A stretch of DNA of 64,000 bases from a virus (Duplodnaviria > Caudoviricetes). A program made the translations under genes and the position numbers. A model generated the notes under the pieces. That model was given only the letters and a program-made list of their open reading frames with translations. It did not search any database and was not told where the DNA came from. How positions within the stretch are numbered: position 1 is the stretch's first letter; every line of letters begins with the position of its first letter. This document shows positions 49,183 to 56,204 of this stretch, piece by piece. The DNA is taken from positions 1 through 64,000 of the IMG/VR virus record IMGVR_UViG_3300028907_000004, one strand, 5' to 3'.

Positions 49183-49623
49183 ATGGCCAAGAAAGAAGCA
49201 CCCAAGACCACGAAGAAAGCCGCCCCCGCCGCCAAGAAGACCGCCGCCAAGAAGACCGCCGCCAAGGGCAAGCCCACCGGCAAAGAATCCATTCTCGACA
49301 AGGCCCGTGCCGCACGCGAAGCCGCCAAGGAAAACGCCCAGGCGTCCATCTCCAAGGACGGCCTTCTGAAGGAAATCGCCAAGAAGCTGGGCATTGCCAA
49401 GGACGACGTTCAGACCGTCGTTGACGCCTTCCTCGACGCCGCCGGACAGCACCTGGCCGCTGGCGAGAAGGTCAGCGTCCACGGCTTCGGCATCTTCAAC
49501 ACTTCCGTCATGGCTGCTCGTGACGGAGTCAACCCCCTGACCGGCGAACCCATGCACATCGCGGAATCCACCCGCGTCACGTTCAAGGCTTCCACCGCCC
49601 TGAAGGAACTCGTCAACGGGTAA
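49183..49623 (+). CDS. hup: HU/IHF-family DNA-binding protein with AKK-rich N-tail
   Basis: VSVHGFGIF...ARDGVNPLTGEPMHI...VTFKASTALKELVN. Confidence 0.92.
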   Translation: MAKKEAPKTTKKAAPAAKKTAAKKTAAKGKPTGKESILDKARAAREAAKENAQASISKDGLLKEIAKKLGIAKDDVQTVVDAFLDAAGQHLAAGEKVSVHGFGIFNTSVMAARDGVNPLTGEPMHIAESTRVTFKASTALKELVNG

Positions 49624-49627
49624 TTCC

Positions 49628-50449
49628 ATGCTCAATTACCTTACGCTCATGGAACAGGCGGGGATCGCCCCGAACTTTTGGACCAGCAGGGCGTACTTGG
49701 AAAGAGCAGGAGCAGTAGAACAGACAAAAGGGAACCTCATCTGGCTGGAAGCGGATGAGGTTCCGCTTTTTCCCACCCTGTCCTTTTCTGGTATGATCGC
49801 ACCTATGCGAGAATGGCCGGTTCAGTATTGCTGGAGCGACTTTGAGGGCTTCTCCTCCGAAACGACCAACAAGGAATTTCTGGATTATGAGTTTATCTAT
49901 AACCCAACCGACTTTCTTGAGATGGCTGGAGGAAAATGGGCTGTGTTTAGAAAAAACAGCCGTAAATTTCCACGCCGTTTCGAAGGGTCCGTCTATTCCA
50001 GAGGATATGTCCCTAGCTACGGGGATTTGGTCGGATTGCTACAAAGGTGGGCTAGTCGTTTTAACGAAGACGACACTATTCACGACGCCGCCATTATCCT
50101 AAAGTATTTGGAAGACCTTTCCCCTGGTGTGGATTTTGGCTGGAAAACGCTTCGATTGAATAATACCCATAAACCAGAAGATTTGGTGGGAATTAATATC
50201 TGGGACCGTAACTGGAAGTATATCAACTTCCGGTACTGTTTTTGTGATCCCGATTACCCTTTTATTTCAGAATACATGCGATGGTTGTTTTATACGGACC
50301 CCGCCATACTTGCGCAGAAGCGCCTTGTATGTGACGGCGGGTCCGTAGATCGTCCAGAATTAAAAGCCTTCAAAGAAAAAATGAACCCGCTCCAAGTCCG
50401 TGAAGTATATACTTGGGGCAAAGAACCAGGAGAAGGATATGGAGATTGA
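49628..50449 (+). CDS. DUF2156/MprF-C-like aminoacyl-tRNA-dependent transferase (GNAT/Fem fold)
   Basis: DYEFIYNPTDFLEMAGGKWAVFRKNSRKF and CDGGSVDRPELKAFKEKMNP resemble the DUF2156 motifs DYxY..DL..L.GKK...KRN and DLG.EGLRKAK...P. Confidence 0.65.
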   Translation: MLNYLTLMEQAGIAPNFWTSRAYLERAGAVEQTKGNLIWLEADEVPLFPTLSFSGMIAPMREWPVQYCWSDFEGFSSETTNKEFLDYEFIYNPTDFLEMAGGKWAVFRKNSRKFPRRFEGSVYSRGYVPSYGDLVGLLQRWASRFNEDDTIHDAAIILKYLEDLSPGVDFGWKTLRLNNTHKPEDLVGINIWDRNWKYINFRYCFCDPDYPFISEYMRWLFYTDPAILAQKRLVCDGGSVDRPELKAFKEKMNPLQVREVYTWGKEPGEGYGD

Positions 50450-51461
50450 TAGAAAGCAGCTACTGGACGCGCTTACCCTGGCCCGTCCCGGTCTTGCCTC
50501 TTCGGACGTTGTAGAACAGGCGTCCATGTTCGTGTTTCGTCCCAAGGACATTGTAACCTTTAATGACGAACTTTGCGTGCGCGTCAAGATCAAGTCCGGT
50601 ATCGAAGGCGCTGTCCAGGCTCAAGAGCTTTACGCCTACCTTTCCAAGAGTAAGGCCGAAAAGCTCACGATGGAAACGACGGAAGACGAACTCATCATCA
50701 AGGCCGGGAAGCGCGCAAGCGTAGGCATCCGGCTGTCCAGCAAAATCTACCTTCCGGTGGACGGGATCAATGATGCGGAATCCTTTGAACCGCTTCCCAA
50801 GAACTTTACCAAGGCCCTGTCCCTGGTATCGCAGACGGCGGCGAAAAACGCCTCAAGCATGCCCATTCTTGCTGCTCTTCATTTCGTAGGGGACAAGGTG
50901 GAATCCTGCGACAATTTCCGGATCACCGCCTACACATTTGAAGAAGGCACCGACTTCCCCGAATTTTTGCTTCCGGCAAACATGGTCAAGGAAGTGCTCA
51001 AATTTGAGCCGGTAGAGTATTCTGTTGTCGAGGGTTGGGCGCACTTCCGAACTGCCGAGGGTGTGTGGCTCTCGTGCCGTACCGTGGCTGCGGGGCCGAA
51101 GGGCTACCCGGACCTGTCCGGAATCGTAGAAGTTGAAGGCGTCACTATCGAATTTCCCGAAGGTTTCGCAGAAGTTCTGGACAGGGCTTCCGTTTTTGTT
51201 GATAAATCCGCTACCTTGGACGAGTTTGTAACAATTTCTGTAAAAGAGGGTAGAGCGTCTGTCGTAGCGGAAGGGACTATGGGTTGGTTCAGGGAATCGG
51301 TGAAAGTAGACTCTGATAATCCGGAATGCTCTTTTAACGTCAATCCCGGCTTTCTGTCTGGAATCCTTCCGCTTCTGTCCAACGCTATCGTGGGCGACAA
51401 CTACCTGCGACTGGACGGTGAGGATTTCCTTCACGTTATGTGTTTGTGTGTAGAAAAATAG
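50439..51461 (+). CDS. dnaN: DNA polymerase III beta-like sliding clamp
   Basis: 340 aa, three domains; VESCDNFRI, GYPDLSGI, CSFNVNPGFL. Confidence 0.8.
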   Translation: MEIDRKQLLDALTLARPGLASSDVVEQASMFVFRPKDIVTFNDELCVRVKIKSGIEGAVQAQELYAYLSKSKAEKLTMETTEDELIIKAGKRASVGIRLSSKIYLPVDGINDAESFEPLPKNFTKALSLVSQTAAKNASSMPILAALHFVGDKVESCDNFRITAYTFEEGTDFPEFLLPANMVKEVLKFEPVEYSVVEGWAHFRTAEGVWLSCRTVAAGPKGYPDLSGIVEVEGVTIEFPEGFAEVLDRASVFVDKSATLDEFVTISVKEGRASVVAEGTMGWFRESVKVDSDNPECSFNVNPGFLSGILPLLSNAIVGDNYLRLDGEDFLHVMCLCVEK

Positions 51462-51470
51462 GAGAACGAC

Positions 51471-51650
51471 ATGGGCGGCAAAAGACAGCAGAGAATCGTT
51501 TCTATGGAAGCGCAGGGGAAACTGGACTTTGAGAAGTACGGCCACCGCCGCTTCCGCTGGCGCAAGCCGTGTGCCGAAGAACACGCCTACATGCGCGGTT
51601 ACGCCAAGGCCAAGTATGGCGTTTTTGTTCGATATGGCCGGCATTTCTAA
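51471..51650 (+). CDS. Small basic peptide (MGGKRQQ...)
   Basis: AGGAG RBS; 59 aa, Arg/Lys/Tyr-rich. Confidence 0.55.
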   Translation: MGGKRQQRIVSMEAQGKLDFEKYGHRRFRWRKPCAEEHAYMRGYAKAKYGVFVRYGRHF

Positions 51651-51660
51651 ATAATCAACA

Positions 51661-51884
51661 AGCGGGGCGGCGTGGATGGTGACACGCTTTTAGAACTAGA
51701 AAGCTCGACAATGCTAGCCATGGCCTACGGCAACGCAGGATGTAATGGCCGGGGCGGACAAGGCCGCATAACCCGAATGGGCATTCAAAGTTCCTCCTCA
51801 ATGTTCCGGTATGGGCGGGACAAGCGCTCGCCCGATGCGTTGAGATGATACCGAGCACGGCCGGTTCGATTCCGGCCCCCGCTT
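51661..51884 (+). ncRNA. tRNA-like RNA with the anticodon arm replaced by a large structured domain
   Basis: 7-bp acceptor AGCGGGG/CCCCGCT; D-like arm GCGTG-GATGGTGA-CACGC; T arm GCCGG-TTCGATT-CCGGC; about 170 nt between the D and T arms. Confidence 0.7.
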
Positions 51885-52023
51885 TTCACATAATTCCATC
51901 CAGACACGGGGTGGAGATCACGGAAAGGGAAGACCCCACCCAAACGGGGTACTGTCTAACCGTCCTGACCGAGACAGCGCAAAGCGAGTTGTGGTGCGTA
52001 GGAGGGACTTTCTAGGGAGGAGC

Positions 52024-52461
52024 ATGAACGACGAACCTACAGAATGGCGTACCTGGGGAATATACGCTATGTCTAAAGAAGGCTACATGACCATAGCTTC
52101 CGAAATCCCAGGAGGGAAGCCCGCCGGAACGTATCTCATCCCACGAATAGTAGGAAGCGTAACACCCAGATACCGCCTGACCAAGAAAGGAGTCTTGATC
52201 ACCTACAAGATTTCTGACCTTTTGAAAAAGATCTGGGGAGTCAAGCGAACCCTCACCAATGAAAACGCAGCGGAAATGAGAAAAAACGCCTACGCCTGGA
52301 ATGAGCGTAGACGGGCCTTGCGAGAAGAACAGGAAACTATACGCCGCCCAAGACTGGCGCGTTCCCGCACAGAAATAGACCCCCAGGACGACTACGGGAA
52401 CGAAGACCCCTTTATGGACCCGTCCCACCCTCAAAACGACCCCTTTTCAAACTGGAGGTAG
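52024..52461 (+). CDS. Hypothetical protein
   Basis: GGGAGG RBS before ATG 52024. Confidence 0.55.
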   Translation: MNDEPTEWRTWGIYAMSKEGYMTIASEIPGGKPAGTYLIPRIVGSVTPRYRLTKKGVLITYKISDLLKKIWGVKRTLTNENAAEMRKNAYAWNERRRALREEQETIRRPRLARSRTEIDPQDDYGNEDPFMDPSHPQNDPFSNWR

Positions 52462-52463
52462 TC

Positions 52464-52817
52464 GTGGCCAGACGAAAACCGCCGAAGACGAAGGAAATCA
52501 CGCTCAAAGAGCTTCTGTATAAAATACGGAAGACCTATGACGACGCCATAGACGAACTACGCAAGGAACAGGAACAGAAATTGCGGGAAGCCATTACCAA
52601 ATTCTGCCCACTTCCCAAAGAAAAAGAGTTTCTTGTGGCGGATTACTCCTTCAAAGGGAAAACTTTCCAATACAAAGACTTTCGGCATCAATGGGGCGAT
52701 GTTATTCTGTTCGGCGGGACGCTTCGTAATAATGGCGAAGTATCAGAAAAACAGTATTGCGAGTCCAGAATCAACACCGAGCATATAAAAATCACAGTAC
52801 CCGCAGAGGAAGAGTAA
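52464..52817 (+). CDS. Hypothetical protein
   Basis: GGAGG RBS; GTG start. Confidence 0.55.
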   Translation: MARRKPPKTKEITLKELLYKIRKTYDDAIDELRKEQEQKLREAITKFCPLPKEKEFLVADYSFKGKTFQYKDFRHQWGDVILFGGTLRNNGEVSEKQYCESRINTEHIKITVPAEEE

Positions 52818-55429
52818 TGGCCGGATTCTTTCAGAAGGATGACGTATCACACGGAGCTAGGGTCAAGCCCAAGCAAAAAGTCGAAGCGTTTGGAACTTGC
52901 GAGACTTGCGGGCTGTATGAATATGGAAATTCCGTCAAACCCTTTGGAGAGAACAGAAAGCGCATAATGATTGTGACCGAAACCCCTTCAGAAGGGGAGG
53001 CCCGAAAAGGCAAGATGTGGTCTGGGGAGCAAGGGCAGCTTCTCCGATCCATTTTGCGCGAGAACGGAATTGACCTGAATCGGGATTGCGTGTCCATCTA
53101 CGCAGTACGATGTAACATTCCAGAAGACCGCAACCCCCAACCCAACGAAGTTATCGGGTGTCGGGATAAACTGTTCAAAGCCATCGAGAAATACGAGCCT
53201 AGACTGGTCGTATCATTGGGCTATTTTGCTTTGTTTGCTCTTATAGGGCATCGGATGGGCGACGGGCTGGGCGGCACGCTTGATCGCTGGAGAGGGGCCA
53301 AAATTCCGTATCACGAAATCGGAGCGTGGCTGTGTCCTACATTCCATCCTATCTACGTGATGGCAAACGAGAAAAACCCCAACGTCGAACTCTACTGGGA
53401 ACGGGACATCAAGAATGCTATATGCCAGCTGGACAAAGAACTTCCAAATCCCATTAACGAAGATTCGGTTGACGTTTTGGTGGAGCCGAAAGACATCAAA
53501 GATCGGCTTGGTTATCTCCTTTCCCGTCCAGACGAAATCAGAGCCGCAGTAGACTGGGAAACAACGGGCCTGAAGCCCCATGCCAAGGGGCACCGCATCT
53601 TTACCGCCGGATTTTCTACGGGGCTTGATAACACATTTGCCTTTAAGATGGAACCGCAGTACCGGGAACCGCTCATACAAATCGCCAAAAGCCGAACCGT
53701 GGCGAAAATAGCGGCCAACATGAAATTCGAAGATACGTGGGCCCGGCAATGCCTGGGGACACATATCAACAATTGGTATTGGGACACTATGGTTGCGCAG
53801 CATGTTATCGACAACCGCCGTTACATTACCGGCCTCAAATTCCAATCCGCTGTCCGTTATGGCGTATGGGATTATGATTCTGAAATCTCTCCTTACTTGA
53901 GGGCCGAAGACGAAAGCAACGCAAACGCCTTCAACCGCATATATCAGGCCCCCTTACCGAAACTGCTAAAGTACAACGGTATGGACTGCCTACTTGAGTT
54001 CCTTCTCCATGAAGATCAGATTTCCGAAGTAAACGAACAAGGCACTATGGACGGCTACATGCTATTACATGCCGGAATACTTGCGCTGTCCGATATGGAA
54101 TGGCGCGGCCTTCCGGTAGAAGATACGCACGTGGTCCAAGAGATCAGACGCCTTGAACAGGAAGTCGCAGAAATCGAACAAAGCATATGGGCGTCCAAAG
54201 AAGGGAAGAAATGGAAAAAGAAGTATGGAACGGACGCCAATTGGAATAGTAATCAGCAGTTTGTAGAAGTGCTTTCTGAATGCGGCGTAGAGTTTGAAAA
54301 GAAGACCGCCAGTGGGCAGTTCGCCGCCGACAAGGGCGTTCTGGAGATGTTGGACCATCCCATTGCGAAGCAAATCCTACGTGCCAGAAAGCTGACGAAG
54401 AACGGGGGAACATTCCTGGCCAATATCCGGAAAGAGGCCGTAAGTGGCTCTCTCCATCCAATACACAACCTTCACAAGGTTATCACATTTCGGTCTTCCT
54501 GCGAATCCCCGAACACGCAGAACATGCCTAAACGTGACGAAGAGTCCATGAAGATCGTCCGGGCGTCCTTTCGCGCCCCGAAGGGTAAGTGTATTGCTGA
54601 AATCGACTATTCCGGTGTTGAGGTCCGGGTGGGGTGTTGCTACCACCGGGACAAAAATATGGAGCGGTACATTCTCGACACTTCTACCGACATGCATAGG
54701 GACGAAGCCTGTTCCATATTTTGTTTTGATCCCTATTACATCAACACTGAAGTAATTCAGGGAAGCGACGACTTGGCCCAGAAATACTTCAAGGCGATTC
54801 GAAACAGCGCAAAAAACGGATGGGTCTTTGCCCAGTTCTATGGTGACTGGTACAAGGCTTGTGCGAAGAACATCTGGAATCAGATCACTCACTGGAACCT
54901 CAAGGCCCCGGACGGACGGCCCTTGTTTGACCATCTCCGAAAACAGGGAATCAAAAACCTCAAGGATTTCGAATCCCATCTCAAGGACTGTGAGCGGAAA
55001 CTCTGGGAAGAACGCTTTGGTGGGTACGGTAAGTGGAAGGAGAAGACCTGGAAGAAGTATATGAAACAGGGCTACCTGGACACCTATACGGGTATGCGGT
55101 TGTCGGCCCTTTCCTCCAGAAATGAAATCCTCAATGCCCCGATCCAGGGAAGCGCGTTCCACTGCCTGTTATGGTCCGTTATTGAAATGAACAAGAAGCT
55201 CAAGAAGGAAAAGTGGGAAACCGTGCCAGTAGCCCAGATTCATGACTCTTGTATTTTCATAACCACTCCTGACGAGATAGATGAATTGTATAAAGTAGCA
55301 CACGAGATAATGTGCGTAAAGATTGTAAAACACTGGCCCTGGCTAGTCATTCCACTTGAAATAGATATGGACATTACAGAACCGGGAGGGGCCTGGAGTG
55401 AGCAAGAGTCCTATAAGCCCACAAAATAG
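52817..55429 (+). CDS. polA: Family A DNA polymerase with N-terminal UDG-like domain
   Basis: UDG4-like CETC...RC...GC and TFHPIYV; exonuclease DWETTG; polymerase DYSGVEVRV, RNSAKNGWVFAQFYG, QIHDS. Confidence 0.92.
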   Translation: MAGFFQKDDVSHGARVKPKQKVEAFGTCETCGLYEYGNSVKPFGENRKRIMIVTETPSEGEARKGKMWSGEQGQLLRSILRENGIDLNRDCVSIYAVRCNIPEDRNPQPNEVIGCRDKLFKAIEKYEPRLVVSLGYFALFALIGHRMGDGLGGTLDRWRGAKIPYHEIGAWLCPTFHPIYVMANEKNPNVELYWERDIKNAICQLDKELPNPINEDSVDVLVEPKDIKDRLGYLLSRPDEIRAAVDWETTGLKPHAKGHRIFTAGFSTGLDNTFAFKMEPQYREPLIQIAKSRTVAKIAANMKFEDTWARQCLGTHINNWYWDTMVAQHVIDNRRYITGLKFQSAVRYGVWDYDSEISPYLRAEDESNANAFNRIYQAPLPKLLKYNGMDCLLEFLLHEDQISEVNEQGTMDGYMLLHAGILALSDMEWRGLPVEDTHVVQEIRRLEQEVAEIEQSIWASKEGKKWKKKYGTDANWNSNQQFVEVLSECGVEFEKKTASGQFAADKGVLEMLDHPIAKQILRARKLTKNGGTFLANIRKEAVSGSLHPIHNLHKVITFRSSCESPNTQNMPKRDEESMKIVRASFRAPKGKCIAEIDYSGVEVRVGCCYHRDKNMERYILDTSTDMHRDEACSIFCFDPYYINTEVIQGSDDLAQKYFKAIRNSAKNGWVFAQFYGDWYKACAKNIWNQITHWNLKAPDGRPLFDHLRKQGIKNLKDFESHLKDCERKLWEERFGGYGKWKEKTWKKYMKQGYLDTYTGMRLSALSSRNEILNAPIQGSAFHCLLWSVIEMNKKLKKEKWETVPVAQIHDSCIFITTPDEIDELYKVAHEIMCVKIVKHWPWLVIPLEIDMDITEPGGAWSEQESYKPTK

Positions 55430-56204
55430 CAAACGAATTCGTTTGGTGCTTACAAAACGTACAGATTTGCGCCTTTTGATACGAATGGAAGATCACTATT
55501 CAAAACCACAAGGTTTTGTAGGAAGAAATTTATGTTATGCTGTGTATTGCGATAACGCCTATTATGGACACATAGTGGCCGGGTCCGCTACCAAGCACTT
55601 GTCTGGAAGGCATGAATTTCTAGGAACCACACAAGAACAGCTTAACAATATAGTGAACAACATCTTTTTTAATGTGTCCCCAGTCGAAGGAAAGTATCCA
55701 TTTAGAAATTTTACATCTGCTGTTGTAAAAGAATTTGTAAAAAAAGTAAAAGTGGATTGGCCTAGATTTTATCAAGATTCTGTGCTAGGGTTTGAAACGC
55801 TTGTAGAACTCCCAAGAAAAGGAACACTATACCTACGCGCTGGTTGGTCTGTTGTCGGTCAAACAAAAGGCTACACGTGCAAAAGAACTGCCGGCACAGG
55901 AACGGACTCTTGGAGTGGAAAGCGGGTTTGGAATACCGATCCGGAACAATTACGCCCTAAATTGATATTGTGTTTTCGAGTAAAACCAAAAAGGAGAAAC
56001 CATCATGCCCCTTCACTTGGACCATCGTCCCAAAACCCTCAAGAAGGTTGTAGGCCAGGGCGCGACGGTAGCTGCCCTCAAGGCGGTACTGGAACGCGAC
56101 GACATCCCGCACGCCTTCCTCTTCCACGGCCCGTCCGGGTGCGGAAAGACCACCCTGGCCAGAATCGTAGCCAAAAAGCTGGGATGTTCGGAAATGGATA
56201 TTAA
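55398..56204 (+). CDS. DUF4338 (DruA)/Mom-like GNAT protein
   Basis: IVNNIFF...NFTSAVV...DWPRFYQDSVLGFETLVELPRKGTLYLRAGWSVVGQTKG; AT-rich; C-terminus overlaps dnaX. Confidence 0.6.
   Translation: MSKSPISPQNSKRIRLVLTKRTDLRLLIRMEDHYSKPQGFVGRNLCYAVYCDNAYYGHIVAGSATKHLSGRHEFLGTTQEQLNNIVNNIFFNVSPVEGKYPFRNFTSAVVKEFVKKVKVDWPRFYQDSVLGFETLVELPRKGTLYLRAGWSVVGQTKGYTCKRTAGTGTDSWSGKRVWNTDPEQLRPKLILCFRVKPKRRNHHAPSLGPSSQNPQEGCRPGRDGSCPQGGTGTRRHPARLPLPRPVRVRKDHPGQNRSQKAGMFGNGY

Noticed and set aside
43797-50449. Known 5-hmU/aGPT-Pplase or 7-deazaguanine (Que/Dpd) pathway
   Set aside because: No recognisable dUMP hydroxymethylase, hmU kinase, aGPT-Pplase, FolE/QueC/D/E or DpdA in the window. They could lie outside it.
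51661-51884. Canonical tRNA or tmRNA call
   Set aside because: There is no 7-nt anticodon loop at the expected place, no G3-U70 or CCA, and no tag ORF ending in Ala-Ala. The insert looks short for a group I intron. Kept as an unclassified tRNA-like RNA.
51895-52015. Hammerhead, twister or HDV-like (theta) ribozyme
   Set aside because: CTGACCGA deviates from CUGANGA and has no matching GAAA, and I could not build the P1-P4 pseudoknots by eye.
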